Below are positions 48,650-62,776 of a DNA stretch of 64,000 nucleotides, piece after piece (within the stretch, counting starts at the first letter, position 1; each line of letters begins with the position of its first letter). The stretch comes from Utricularia gibba. Taxonomy: Eukaryota; Plantae; Magnoliophyta. The stretch is from the NCBI GenBank assembly GCA_002189035.1, contig NEEC01000019.1, positions 558,001 through 622,000 on the forward strand, read 5' to 3'. Both the position numbers and the translations under genes were made by a program. The notes below the pieces were generated by a model, which saw nothing but the letters and a program-made list of their open reading frames with translations, had not been told where the DNA came from and did not search any database.

Positions 48650-50050
48650 GCCATAGAGACACTGTTTCCTTGTACTTCTTCTATAGGAACCTCTGGCAAA
48701 CTGATATAGTAATTGATTTTGGCCCCACTATATCAGTTTGATGTTTATCCTTTCCATACTTCTTGATAAACCACAGAGGTCTCTCTTTTTTGCTAGTCCA
48801 ATAAGGTTCAACTGTGTGCCCTACCGTATTGTATTTCTCATAGAATCATTCCTTGGAGTGCTTTCAATCAAGTGGAGGTAGTTGTGAATGATATGGTGTG
48901 GAAGAGTCACCTTAGAAGAGAAGTGCACTTTCAACAATCTCCTTCCTATCAGTGACATCACTCGTAACTACATTCGTAACCATGACAAAGAGGGGTTCAA
49001 TAGTCAGCGTTGAATTAGTAGCCAAAATTTGATTTTTCATATGTACAAAGTCGTTGTTCAAACCATGTAAGAACTTGGCTACTTGAGAGATCCCAATGAA
49101 CTTAACACACCTCCAACATGCATTAGGAAGTAACTCATCAAATCTCCCCAGATTCCTTTCAATCTAGTATAATATTCAGGCACACTCATGTCCCCTTGAA
49201 CTAAAAAAAAAAATTTCCTGATGCAATTGAAAAACTAATAACATGTTTACTTGCCCAAAATGCTGGTTCAGAGACTCCCACAAGGCCAAGCATCTTAAGT
49301 AGAAAGAAAAGTATAGACTAACTCTTTAGATTGAATTTAGTAGCCAAGAGAGAACCATGACACCTACTTTGACTCAAGCATCAAATTTTGATTTGTTCTC
49401 ATTGTGTGGAAGAATTCTTCTTGTTATGAACCTTAAGTTGTTTTTAGCAAGCAATGCCAATTTGATATCCTTGCCCTAAGTATGGAAATTATCTGAGAAC
49501 AACAAATACGACACCAAAGGAGTAATAGGGTTATTTGAACCTGAGATGAACATGTGGTTTGGTAAGTGAACACTGTCGTCATTGTATCCTACCTACATAT
49601 GCCATTCATTATAAGCAAATGAGAAGTTCACTCCCTGTGCAGTCATTCAATGCTCGCCCTTGGTGATCAAATTATAAATGAACCTTCATCTACTTCTTTG
49701 TCTAGTATTTGGACCACAATGGGGCTAGAAATGTGAAGAGGGTTAGTTGTTGCTAGCATTTGTCTCTAAATTTGACTTGGAAACCACAAGAGATGGGGAT
49801 GATGGTGGTATCTGTACACCTTGCTTAGTCAAGTTTCTTCTCATGTTCGGCTTGAATCCTCGTAACTAATAGTGAAATAATGGGATATATCAGATTTTAG
49901 AATAGTGAAAAAAGACTATAATTCTCACCTATTAAGAGCATCAAATGAATCATACTAACTTTGAGCTCAGGCTTGAAAATTGAGGTCGTGTGGCATAACG
50001 CACGCAGTGGAGATTCTACCTGCATATAAAGGAGTAGGAGCACTTGCAAT
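48650..50050 (-). mobile_element. Highly degenerate gypsy pol (RNaseH-integrase) remnant
   Basis: Minus-strand reading ..STPYHSQ.. resembles the 'TPYHPQTSGQ' integrase motif; many stops. Confidence 0.4.
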
Positions 50051-50495
50051 CTAAAGCATGGAACCATTTCTATCCTCTAACCATTTGGTTCCAACTACTA
50101 CATGGTACCAAACAAACAAAACCCAAACCATGAACATCCCTATCCTCTAACCATCCTCCAACTTGGTAGCACTATTATTGACAAAAAAGATATGATGCAG
50201 ATTAAAACAATGTTTCTTCCTACACATAATCATCAATATGTATTTAGCATGCTCAATATTAAAAAATATGGATATAAATACAAGGACCAACATCTCATAT
50301 TTCAATGCAAGAGACTTGAGGGCTCAAGGTTACTCAGTAACTTCAATTCACAATTTGCTTTGGAATTCAAACTCCCTGCACCTTGTGTTTGTCTCCCATC
50401 TTTGCTCTCATTGGGAACACATTGTGTAACAAAATTGTTTTCTAAGTTGTTAAGCCATTAGGAGAAAGCAGTGTAAGAAGTTTTGGATCAACAAG

Positions 50496-51400
50496 TGTTA
50501 GAAATACTGCATGTGAAGCTCTCAACTACCAGACCGAGTCTTGAGACTATATGGCCACCACCGCTTCTCACTTCAATTTCCCTCCTTTAGTTCCTAGCCA
50601 ACACTTGTATATTAACTCTATTGAATGATAAGAAATGTGTGTTCTTCTCAATAAAAAATATTATTGGTATCAGAGCCAACTCTGATGGTGACTCACCATT
50701 TCTCACCAGCAGTAGTCGTCTCCATCATGGCTTCCAACACCAGTTTTGGCATATCTCCCACAACAGGGTTCAATCATATGATTACCATCAAGCTCTCGCA
50801 ACAACTATAGTCAGCTCTTGTGACAAAGCCACAACAAGACTTATCTCAAATCTATGTACTTCATTTTTTGTAAAAGATTTGGGGTCCCTTGTATATTTCT
50901 TGAGGATTCAAGTTACATCAGCTCCCGGAAATTTTTTACATTAACCCCTATGTCCTCGAGTGAAAAGCTATCCAAATATTAAGGTAAACCTCTAGTCAAT
51001 AGTGCAGAATTTCAATACCGAAGCATAGTTGGAAGTTTGCAGTATTTCACAATAACAAGGCCAGATATATCCCTCTCATTCAACAAAGTATGTCAATATC
51101 TCCAACATCCAACAGATGTGTGTTGGACAGTAGTGAAATGTATATTTCATTGCAAAAAGGGCACTCTCAATAGTGGCCTCACATTTTCCATAACCATCAT
51201 AGAACTTAGTGCATTCTTTGATGCAGACTAGGTTGGTTGTCCGACAATCGGCGATCCACTAGTGGCTTTGCAATTTTTCTGGGAAAGAACTTACTCTCAT
51301 GGAACTCACAGTAGCAACCGACATTGTCACGATCCAGCACAGAATCTGAGTACCAAGCTATTGAAAATGTTATTGCTGAGTTGATTTGGATACAAGCTAT
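50496..51400 (+). mobile_element. Internally deleted Ty1/copia derivative
   Basis: LTR-like start TGTTAG at 50496; canonical Met PBS TGGTATCAGAGCC at 50665-50677; then almost directly RT (FFVKDLGSLVYFL, LQYFTITRPDIS) and RNaseH (FFDAD) remnants. Confidence 0.7.
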
Positions 51401-51938
51401 TGAAAATAAACACAAAACATGAATGAGATGAAAATTATCAAAAACATAAGAATAAAGGCAACACAAACCAAAATAATTGAGAGAGACATAGAACCATGCC
51501 ATTGCAAAAAGGCTCATTTCCATGAAACAAAAACTCATTACACTGTATAGAAGTTACGCTTAATGCAATTAAAAAAGCTATTCTAAAGTATGAAAATACA
51601 AAAAAGGGCATGCCCAAGATTCTTGATAAGTTCATCTGTTGAAAAAGCCCTTTCAAAAACAAAAGAGAAGGTGCGGTAGTCCTCCATTGCTCCCTTTTGG
51701 TATGCACAACTATTTCTCATATCAAAACTGAACCAACGCATAGGAATTCGCAGAAATGGATAGAGAATTACCAGCATTACTTCCAATTTAACCAAACATC
51801 ACTAATCTAGCAATTCTTGATTTCACCCCGCGAGTGAATAATTTAAATTTTGAGGACGAAGAACACTTTTTGTTTTCTAGAAAAAAAAAGTTTCAGTTTA
51901 TGTGTGTTGTCAAGGCGAAATCATTATCAGAGATCACA

Positions 51939-51946
51939 TATAAAAG
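51939..51946 (+). promoter_or_regulatory. Candidate displaced TATA box of the third TBL gene
   Basis: TATAAAAG lies ~30 bp 5' of the copia insertion site; in the reconstructed pre-insertion allele it would be ~145 bp upstream of the ATG at 62777. Confidence 0.35.
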
Positions 51947-54900
51947 TCTTACCATATGTTTTTCAGATATGGTTATAATGAAGAATGAATCGAATGAAGA
52001 GAATCGATCGACTTCTCATGAAGAAAACTCTTATTTATACACAAAGTTTAGCTAAAAATAAGAAATTAACTAAATTTCATCCCTATTCCTACAACACATA
52101 TATATTCCTAATATATCTACTAATTCGATATATATTTCATAATATATTATCAATCTATTATGGCAACACTCCCTCCTCAAGACGCAACTCCAAAGCATCT
52201 TGGACAAGCAATTGTAGAAGCTGAAGTTGAGGAAGTAGGGTGTGAAAAAGTAGAATAGGAAGTGCCTTGGTAAAAATATCAGCGACCTGATCCTTGGAAG
52301 GAACATGCAATGGCACAAGGAAACCTGATGGAAAGTACTCTCGAACCACATGGCAATCAATGTCTAGGTGCTTTGTCTGCTCATCGAATACTGCATTCTT
52401 TGTGATGTGAATCGCTGCCTTATTATCACACATTAAGGGAATAGAGGTCTCCACAGGAAAACGAAAGTCTCATGAAAAAGAAGCAAGCCATTTTAACTCA
52501 GTCATGGTGGCCACTATACTTCGATATTCTGCCTCATTAGAGGAACAAGAAATGGCAGTCTGCTTCTTGGCCTTCCATGAAAGGGTTTGTCCTCCATAAA
52601 AAATGCAAAAACCAGTCAAGGAGCATCGAGAGGTTGGGCAGGCCGCCCAATCGGCATCACAAAAGGCTTTTAGACGTGCATCAAGTGTAGCTTTATATTG
52701 AATCTCTAAGGAAGTAGTGCCCTTTAAGTAGTGAATAACATGAAGTCTTGCATTCCAATGAGTTTGCTAAGTGTTTGCACAAACTGACTCAAATGTTGCA
52801 TGGCAAACTCTCAAGTCTGGATGTGCATATGAAAAATATAACAAGCGTCCAACCAAGCATCGATAGGGGGCATTTTTCAGGATCAGCCAGAAGAGGTGAA
52901 GTATCATCAAACAAGCAAAGCCCAATCGGTAGTGGAGTTTGAGTTGGCTGACAGTTCGAGAGCCCTAAGTCTTGAATGATGTTGGATATGAACTTTCTCT
53001 AATTTATAAAAATCCCATCATTGGAGCGATAGAGTTCCAACCCTAAGAAGTATTTGGCCTCCCCAAGGTCCTTGATGATAAATTTGGCATCCAAAAACTT
53101 TTTCAATCGTCTAATTTCAGAGGAAGAGGAGCTCGTGATGATGATGTCATTAACATAAACCAAAAGGAAAACTTGATGAGCATCAAAAACTTCAATGAAC
53201 AGACAAGGGTCATCGAGCAAAGCTTGAAACCCATATTGAATGAGAGAGGTAGTGAGCTCTTGATTCCATTGCCATGATGCTTGTTTCGACCCATGAGAGA
53301 TTTCAGAAATCTGCAAACTTTTGAAGAGCCATATCCTGTGCTTCCAAGTGGCAGTTTCATGTACACTTCTTCATCAAGAGTGCCATAAAGAAAAGCATAG
53401 TTCACATACAACTGGAACAATGGCCAAGATCATTGTGCAGCCATAGCAATAAAAACACAAACTATGGTGATTTTGGCCATTAGAGAGAAAATTTCATGAT
53501 AATCTTCTCCCACTACCTAAGCAAAGTCTTGAGCCACAAGTCGTATTTTATATTTGTTAATCGAGCCATTAGAGTAGAGCTTAATCTTGTAAACCCAACG
53601 GCATCCAACCGTTTTTTACCTGGAGGCAAGTCAATGATCTCCCATGTGTCAATTCATTTCAAACCTACAAGTTCATCCTACATTGTGACTAACCATAGTG
53701 GAACTTATCATGATAATGAGTAGGTTCCTTGAACTTATCCAAACCATACATGAAACTGAAGTGAGTAGTCAAAGATATTGCATCAGAGAAGCCATGCTAA
53801 CAACGTAATCAGATAAGTGGCACGGGGGGCGACGTCGATAAACTGGTTGAGAGGTGTGGGTAGGTAGAAGTGTGCCATGTGTAGGAACAATATCAAGAAT
53901 AGGATTCTCCGAAGAAGTGGAAAGTTCCAAGATGGGAGGATCATCAGTAAGAAATACCTCGTCAGAGGGAATATGATCAGAAGCAAAATGATTTGTACTA
54001 ATGCCTTGAGGTGATCCAAGGAAAGATTCGGCAACTGATGGGGAGGTATCAAGAGCACAGTCTCCAAGTGAAGATGTTATAGAATCTTGGAAGAGTGGTG
54101 GAAGACCAGTGGAGCGATTAACACGAGCTAGGTGAGCAGAGTACAGAAAAATGGTCTCATAAAAAATAACATCTCGTGACATGAAAATGCACTTTCAATA
54201 ATAGTCATAAACCCGATAATTTCCAGACCCTACTGTATATCTTAAAAAGATTGTCAGGATAGCATGAGGGATAAATTTATCCTTGTGTGGAGTGGTGTCA
54301 ACAACATATACCAAACATCCTAAAACACACAAATTGGTATAGTTTGGAGTTTGCTTGTAGAGAAGCTCATATAGACTTTTTCCACCCAAGCACCTTTGTT
54401 GACATTATGTTGATAAGATATGTAGCTGCTAGAATTGCATTGCCCCAAAAAAGTTTAGAGAGCCTTGCATGGAAAAGCATAGCATGAGCTAGGTCCATAA
54501 GATGGAAATGCTTCTATTCAACCCATCCATTTTATTGAGCTGAGTGCACACGAGTTATTATGGAGAGTGCCCGAGAAGCAAATAAGGGCGCACACAATTG
54601 ATTGATGAACTCTAACCCATTATCGCTTTGGATCTTCTTCACCATAACCTGAAATTGAACCTCCACCATTTTAAGAAAGTGGTTACAGTTTCAAGAACCT
54701 GTGTTTTATCCCGAAGTAGAAAGGTCCAAATCGCTTGAGAGTAGTCATCAACAATGGTCAAGAAATATTGGGCATCAATATGAGATGAATGCCAGAATTT
54801 TTCCCATATATCAATGTGTGTAATAGATTAAAAGCAAATGAAGCTCTCCTAGGATTCCTTTTGAAAGGCAGGTAAGTCTGTTTACCCAATTCACAAACAT

Positions 54901-57900
54901 GACATGAACAATTGTTGAGATACTTATTCTTAAAAGAAATATGTCTCCAAACTGAAACAGAAGCATGTCCAAGATGACAATGCCAATTTCTAGAAATATT
55001 AATAGAACAAGTTCATACTGAACCAATTGAAAGATTATTAGAAGAACCATGCAAATAGTAAAGTTCGCTCCGAATGAATCCTTTAGCAATCACCACCTTA
55101 CTCACTGGGTCTTATAGAAAACAGCCATCAAGATAAAAAAAAAATACAATGTGCAAGTTTCCTTGTTTCACAATTTTTTGGATTGATGCCAAATTAAAGT
55201 GAAATCTAGACACTTGTAAAATATTGGATAAGGTAGGGTCAGGTTGTAGAGGGAAATCCCCAACATCATCAAGGGGTAAGCGTTGATTGGTTGGTAGGAA
55301 AACATTGAGGCCACTATCAGGTTTACAAATATTTCTCAAATGTGTGTGTGTTCCACACATATGCGAACTAGCACCTGAATCCAAAGTCCAATCAGATGGG
55401 TGATTCAAGAAGGATGAGGAGTGCATACCAGCAAAGTGTCTTTAACCCTTAGCACCATCATTTGAATCAGTCTCCCTAGTAGGATGCATGATGTTCTTGT
55501 GTTGTATTTGATAAAGAGACCATATCGAAGTAGCAAAGTTGAGAAAATCGGGAGAAAAAGAAATTCCCTAATCAATGGAAACCTCAAATGGTGTTCCAGT
55601 GTAATCTTCAATCATGTGAGTAGCTTGTCCTGTAGGTTTGCACCAATTTTCAAGATAACCATTCAACTTATAGCATTTCTCCCATGTTTTTTCTGATCCT
55701 TCGAGAAAAAGATTCACTCGGCCCATCATACGACAATATGAATAATGATCTTCAGACCACTTCCCATTTGATGTTGCACCCAAATCTTTTGTTTTGGTAG
55801 CAATGGTGGCGGCGGAGAGGATAGACATAGTTTCATCATTGCTAGGATGCACAAAACTTGAATCCTTGCATCACTTAGAAGACAAAACAAGTTTATACGC
55901 ATCATCTACCGTAAGAGGTGGGCACGTAGCAATGATTTGATGCTTCAAACAGTGAAAAGAGTTGTTTAATCCATGTAAAAATTGTTGAAGATGATCACGA
56001 TTTTCCCAAGCACAAAGTTGATCCCCAATGTCTCCAGGAACCATCGGCAATGGACATAGAGCATCAAGCACATTCCAAATCCACTTCAATTTGGTATAAT
56101 ATATGACAACACTATCATTTCCTTGAGTTAGAGACTACAATTTTCAATGCAAATGGAAAACTTAGGGCTCGATAGAAGCTCCAAAATGACACTCAATCTC
56201 TATCCATAGATCTCTAGTCGTAGGGGCAAAAACAAAAGAATATGCAATCTCCTGCTCCATGGAATTGGCGAATATCATCAATCAATTTTTTTCCATTCCC
56301 GCAACCTCAGATGTCTAGTGTCTTCTCCACCCATGGGACTGCGTTCTCTCACTTGCTGTGATGGCTGCTGCAAATGGACCATATCTATATGATGTAGGCA
56401 ATCTTGGACGCTCAAAGCAATCCTTACGGCCATCGACCACACACAGTAATTATGCCCGGTGAATCGATTGAAGAGAAGGGAAAAAGGGGGAAGAAGAGTC
56501 ATTGGCCATGCCAACCTTCTTTGATACCATGAACAATGAATCGAATGAAGAAAATTGATCAACTTCTTATTATGAAGAAAATTCATATTTATGCACAAAG
56601 TTTAACTAAAAATAAGAAATTATTTGGGAATTTTACACAAATAGTCATATTTTCAACATTCATTCCCCATCATCCTAACCATATTTTTCATTTTGTACAT
56701 ATCAACCAATTTAATCATTAAAATAATATATTTATAATTTATTATTTTATATATTAAAAAAATAATAATATATTTTTTTATCTCATCTATCCAACTTACC
56801 CCAAAAAATTCTCAAAAATATAAATTATAAATGAGACTTCTTTTTGTAAAATTCTCAAAGTTGAAATCTATGTCCCATATTTCTTATTTAATAAATTATT
56901 ATACATTGATAAAATAATATATTTTTAATTTATCATTTTATATATTAATAAAATAATAATTTTTGTATATTATAAAAGTAAACCATAGATTACCTATAAC
57001 TATTATCATATGTAAAAGTCCATCGTTATCTATAAATCGTAGCAAGATAGTCATAAGCATTCTTATTCTTCTCTTTTATCCTATTCATGAAAATCCAAAA
57101 CTTTGATTTTTTGGATGTCATTGTAGCATTCCAGAATAAATTATGAGACTCTTATTTAAACTTAGCTCTAAAGTTCCCACATAAATGTTTTATGCAATAC
57201 CAATGAGCTTCTTGTAGCTTTTGAAAGACTAAAAAGCTATTGATTGTCTTACGTATCCCTACTTTTCAATCAGAGATAATAAATGTAGTAGGAGAATAAG
57301 ACTTGATAACATTATCCACTAAATTGCTCAAAAACCAAAGCCAAGACTGGAACAATTCTTCCTCAACAATTTCAAAGGCTAGAGTAACAATAACTTTATC
57401 ACCATCAATAGTTACCATAATAAGTAACTTGTGTCGTTATCGTGAGTACAATTGTGTAGTATCAATAGAGATAATCAGTCGGCAATATTTATAAGCACGT
57501 ATACAAAGTCTAAACACCTTGAACACATGATGCAACATAATCTCACCAAAGTTAGTACGAAAATGATCATATTTAACAATAGTACCTCAAATAAATGAAA
57601 ATGAACATATTAAATATTTATTCAAACATGTAGAGTAACAACAATATGAAATATCTGTCATAGCATCTCAAATATCTTTTAGAGATGTTGGCATATTAAG
57701 CATTAGGGTTTCCCATGTGTCATATAAATCTCGAATACCACACTTGATTCCAAACCTTGCTCTCTTGTATATTGGTTTAGTCTTAAGTTGATTTTCCATC
57801 AATGTGATCACATCAAAAACAGAAATATTAGGATCCATTTTTAGAGTCTCCATAATTGCTGCTGCAATGACATTTATTCGCACATTCGTATGACGAGTAG

Positions 57901-58088
57901 AACAGGAACTACTAGTGAAACATATATAAGGTCCATCATACCATAAAACTATTCAAACCTATGTAACTTTACTGAAGATAACTCTAACACACCAAATGCA
58001 TTTCAAACTAGTTTTGCTATACAAATAATGAATTTCATATTGAGAATTAATTGACTTGTATACCTTTTCAACCTTTCAATTGCATATA

Positions 58089-58600
58089 TGATAAAATGGA
58101 AATTTTAGCATGTCGTTGCAATAAAACCAAATTTTCATATCAAATAAATTTATAATCCCTAATCCTTACAAAATACAAATTAATCACAAAATGTACTATG
58201 GAATTTGGGGTCGATCACAAGGAGCTTGTGTTTGTCATGTATTTCAGCAGATGCAGAATTCAAAGTAATGGTAAGTCTTAGTCTAAGCTCGGACTAACAG
58301 TGGTAAACAAGTTCAGTAAACAAGATCAATAAACAATATCAAGTCTTAACGCTAAGGTAATAGGTACTGGTTTTAACTCAAAATAGTACGAAGATGCCTT
58401 AAGGATCTACAGGTGGTGTGATACTAAAATATATAGCTCAATCTACCATGTTCCTACACTCACAACTTCAAATAAATTAAGTCTACCCAGGTCATTCATC
58501 ACATTTTTGGCTAAGCTGGTCCACAATATCATCATCAACATTGCAATTAGGTCTACCCGCATGCTAGGCATATAGAACTAGATTTACCTGGTTCTACTGG
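58089..58600 (+). mobile_element. Truncated LTR, copy C of the TGATAAA family
   Basis: Aligns to the first ~500 bp of 47273-48640. Confidence 0.8.
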
Positions 58601-58933
58601 TTCTACCCCGTATTCCTTTTTTGCCCTCCAACCCTTTTACTTCTCCATGGCTTTTCTTCCATTTGCTCAGTTTTCTGATTTTCACATTAGGTTGAAGGTA
58701 TGTGTTTTCACCTAAATCCCTAACCAAAGCTTGGATCTAAACAGGTCAAGAAGGGTCCAAAATTGAACCGGTGGAACATGAGGCTTGAAACGTGGGTGTA
58801 CCCGGCAGCATCACCCTCGCCTATCGCAAATTCAGCAGCCGCATTTGGTGCTTCAGTGGAGCTCAATTATTTTGTGCATTTGGGAAGGGAATGGTGGGGA
58901 ATTAAAGAATATTACTTTTTTGGGTGGGAAGAC

Positions 58934-59230
58934 GGTGCAGCAAGATGCATTTGGGGCTTGGGGAAGAAGGAGGGTGCAACAGGGTGTATTTGGGGTTTGG
59001 GGAAGGCAATGGATGCAACATGGTGTATTTGGGGCTTGGGGAATTTGGTGGGTGCAGCAAGGTGCATTTAGGGCTTGGGGAAGGTGATGGGTGTAACAAG
59101 GTGCATTTGGGGCTTGGGGAAGATAGTGGGTTCAGCAAGATGCATTTGAGGCTTTGGGGAAGTTGGTGGGTGAAGCACGATGCATTTGGGGTTTGAGGAA
59201 GATGGTGTTGCAGGGTGTATTTGGGAGAAG
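58934..59230. repeat. 39-bp minisatellite, ~7.5 copies
   Basis: Consensus GGTGCAGCAAGGTGCATTTGGGGCTTGGGGAAG followed by NNNNTG; units start at 58934, 58973, 59012, 59051, 59090, 59129, 59169. Confidence 0.9.
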
Positions 59231-59580
59231 GAGAATAAGGGTGGTTTAGATATTAAAAACCTAAATTAGAATATTCATCTTGTTATTAGGGTCATTTAAT
59301 TTGAAGATATTATTGTTTTCATTTTATTATATTTTGTTGTAGTATTCATATCTTGTTCTTATATGATAATGTTAATGATATTCCATTTAATTTGATGATA
59401 TTATTGTTCTGTTCACTTTACTCATATCTACTTATACAATGTGTTAGTATTCTTGAGGAATATTTAGTTCATTATTTTACATATCTTAATATGATAGCAA
59501 ATAAATATGTATCATTCTTCATTTTGTTATTTTTTCTCTTTTTAATTCCATTATATGCTTCTCATGTTTAGGTGCTACAA

Positions 59581-61875
59581 ATGGAAGATAATCGAAGTAA
59601 GATACCAACAAAAAGAATTGGAAAAACTGCTACTTGGGATACAAATAGGACACATATATTACTAGAAGCCATGATCACTGAAATTGCTAAGGGCAACCGA
59701 CCCACTACCACTTTTCGACCAAAAGGATAGGAGAATATTATGAATGATGTCAATAAAAAAGCTTATACAAACTACAACTTGAAGTGTATCAAGAATAAGC
59801 ATAATGAGCTTCGAAGTGAATGCAATCTTTGGAATCGGTTAATCGATAGATCAGGTATTGGATTTCATCCAAATGGAACAATAAATATGGATCCTCACTG
59901 GTGGACTGATCATTTAGCTGTAAGTTTTCACTTACAACCATTGTTTGTTATGTGAATTAAATATTTATTATTGCTTGTAGTTAGAATTTATTTTTTGGTA
60001 GAATATATCTATTTCTTCATTGTGGTAATGAAATTACTTTATTAGAATTTATGTTAAATTATTTTTAATTATTGTTTGTTATGTTTTATTTTATATAGGA
60101 GAATAGCTAATATATCAAGTTTGAGACTAGAACACCTATGTTCTCTGATTTATTAGCTCAAATTTTTGATCCAGTAATTGGTTATGGATAAAGAAAATAC
60201 ATCCCTACTCCTAATATTGAGATTTCTAATGATGATTATGATGATGATGTTGATCCTTTATTATCTAATGGAGATAGATTGCTAGACGTAGAAGATTTTG
60301 GATATTCATTGGGCACACACAATATACTCCACCTGAGATATCAGCTTTGTACTCTAAAGAGAACACACCTACTCAAAGTAGCAAGCAAGCTATTCATACA
60401 AAACGTAAGAGGATTGGTAAAGTGAGCAACAGTAATCAAATTGATGAATCATCTGAGATAATGGCTATAGCTTTAGCAAAAGTGGGGTTGGAGAGTTTAG
60501 AGTCTTTAAAATACTCTATTAAAAAATACATTGAGATGTTAGATGCCACAGATACTATTGTTAAAGGAGGTCAAACTTATTTGCATGCTTTGAAGTTGTT
60601 CAAGAATCGCCAAAATCGAGAGATCTTCATGTCTTTGAAGGATCCATATATTCGAAAAGATTACATTAAGGGCGAGATTTAGGATTCCCTAGGTATATGT
60701 AGTAGTGGGAATACCGGTTTATCTGCTTCAAGATCTGATGCTACATCCCCAACAAAACGCAAAGGTATTTAAATCGTTAATTAATTATAATATATTGTTT
60801 ATATCATTAATGGTTTGTTTTTTATGCAGATTAGGGAATCCTCCAACATCATCAACATCAATGTTGGATGTTATTTTTAATTTTGTTTTAATCTATGTTT
60901 CTGTTAATTTTGAACTCTAGTTGTACATTACGATTGATCTTATTTCTTCTAAATTGGAACTTATATCTCGGGATTGATGAAAACATTGGGATTTGAACTA
61001 GCACACAGAGATTTGAGAAAACACAAAGTCATTGTCAATGTGCTCCTTCAATGACATTTCAAAAATTTATATCTTGGGATTGATGAAAACATTGGGATTC
61101 GAACTAGCACACATAGAGATTTGAAAAAACACAATTTTTTTTCTTTATAATCACACATGGAGATTGAGAATACTTGCATCTCTTTGCTTCCAATGGCATC
61201 TCTCTTTAACAATGCATCATTTCATGATTCTTCCGACGATGATGAGAAGAGCAAGGAAGCTCGACAACGTGCAGAGTTCATCAACGTTCAAATGGCTCAA
61301 TTAAAGCTTCTTAGAGATTATCACGAGCACTTCCTTGTGAAGCAACCAATGTATGATCGAGAAACTAGTGGATGGACTTTATTGCTTTCAATGTTGAATG
61401 ACCAGGATGCTCGTGCATATAATGAGTTGCAAATGCATAGCCATGTATTCTTACGATTTTGTGAGATGCTTGTGGATAACTATGGGCTATCTAAAAGGAA
61501 ATTTGTTCCTGTAGAAGAAGAGGTCGCTATTTTCTTAAGAAGGGTGGGCAAAGTAGAAGGTTACTTTAATTTACAAGAATTCTTTGGTCGGAGAGAGATA
61601 CTATTCATAGTGCTTTCCACAATGTCTTGAAAGCAATTAATTAGATGGCAGTGGAGTGGATTACGCCAAAACACAGTAACACACAAATTCATCCTTTTTT
61701 CATAAGTAATGCCAGGTATTCTTACTTAAGTAACTGTATCGGTGCCATAGATGGAACTCATATCAAAGCATGTATTCCTGAGGCTGAAAGGTCTGATACA
61801 TTGGACGTAAGGGTTATCCTACCCAAAACATACTTGCTGTTTGTAATTTCGATATGTGTTTCACTTATGTTATAG
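59581..61875 (+). mobile_element. Second PIF/Harbinger remnant: Myb/SANT-like gene (59581-60682) plus truncated nuclease (61157-61875)
   Basis: TWDTNRTHILLEAM..KG*ENI..YNLKCIKNKHNELR..LWNRLIDRSGIGF; ELQMHSHVFLRFCEML..VEEEVAIFL and YLSNCIGAIDGTHI; breaks off at a gypsy gag fragment; TIRs not found. Confidence 0.8.
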
Positions 61876-62480
61876 CTAGCTATCCAACTTATCTCTTTGA
61901 GCAGCAGTCAAACCCTTCAAAAAACACTTCACTTGCTTCAATTTGTCAAATCCATGATGTGGGCAGCTCGAAAGAAGGGTTGTGAACTTGTCCCAATACT
62001 CATGTAAAGGTTCATCATAATCCTGAAAAATATTTTCAATTTTGCTTCGAATTTCGTTTGCTCTAGAGGTGGGAAAAAATTGATTTAAAAATGCTTTCTT
62101 CATTTCCATTCAACTTCTAATACTTCCAGGTTCAAGTATATTGAACCATGTCTTGGCATATCCTTCAAAAGTAAATTAGAACACTCTGAGTAGTAAATCA
62201 TCCTCAATCACGTCCTTGGGTCGCAGCACACCTCTAACAGCAATACAATCATCAATATGCATGTGAGGGTCCTCAATCTTATTCCCATAATACTTAGGAA
62301 ACAGGGTAAGGGTTCCTGTCTAAACTCCAGATTAATTGTTGTTGTAGGAAAGATGATACAATGCCCTCGATATGTATGATCTGGTGACTCATACTCCCCA
62401 ATGGTCTTCTCCAAAATATCCACAAGCTGCTGATTATTTGGGTGGTTGTCACCCATCTCTATGGCCCTCAAATTAGCCAA
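61876..62480 (-). mobile_element. Ty3/gypsy gag fragment
   Basis: EMKKAFLNQFFPTSRANEIRSKI..QDYDEPLHEYWDKFTTLLSSCPHHG, a Retrotrans_gag-like stretch. Confidence 0.8.
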
Positions 62481-62776
62481 ATATGATTAGTATGATAGAG
62501 AATAAATTTTGAAAATATGACTATTTGTGTAAAATTTCTGAAATTATCTAAACTTCATCTCTGTTCCTAAAACACATATATATTTATAATATATCTACTA
62601 ATTACATATAACTAAAAAAATCTTACAATATATTCTATAATATACTATCTAACTATCATGGCAACTTATAATTCCATGCCAAATCTGGTTTGTGAAACGC
62701 CATGAATGCTCCCTCTCCATTTATGCATACTGTGTCAGGTATGAGACTTGTGAATCACTGAACAAGAGCACAACAA

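Larger units (their letters stand above)
56626..62539 (-). mobile_element. MULE (5914 bp) nested in the copia 5' LTR, itself carrying further insertions
   Basis: TIR AATTTTACACAAATAGTCATATTTTCAA at both ends; flanks GAAATTATTT / GAAATTATCT (10-bp TSD, 1 mismatch); MULE transposase remnant on the minus strand at ~57150-57900 (ISIDTTQLY, FIISD). Confidence 0.8.
51979..62666 (-). mobile_element. Full-length degenerate Ty1/copia (3' LTR 51979-52168; 5' LTR 56530-56625 plus 62550-62666, split by a MULE)
   Basis: TSD TATAA at 51974-51978 and 62667-62671; the two LTRs align by eye; PBS TGGTATCAAAG next to 56530; PPT AGGAGGGAG; gag, WTLDSGASSH, integrase, RT (LLVYVND, IKDLGEAKYFLG) and RNaseH (FDEQTKHLDIDCH, QVADIFTKAL). 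Confidence 0.88.

Noticed and set aside
58934-59230. Repeat with conserved core and variable tail, superficially CRISPR-like
   Set aside because: The variable part is only ~6 bp and related between units, there are no cas genes, and the context is eukaryotic; it is a minisatellite. The overlapping ORFs are by-products of the 39-bp period.
60960-61140. ~68-bp direct repeat between the Harbinger genes; also simple repeats at 8940-9035, 10003-10021, 15380-15480 and 42590-42780
   Set aside because: Ordinary local duplications or low-complexity tracts within TEs, with no further structure.
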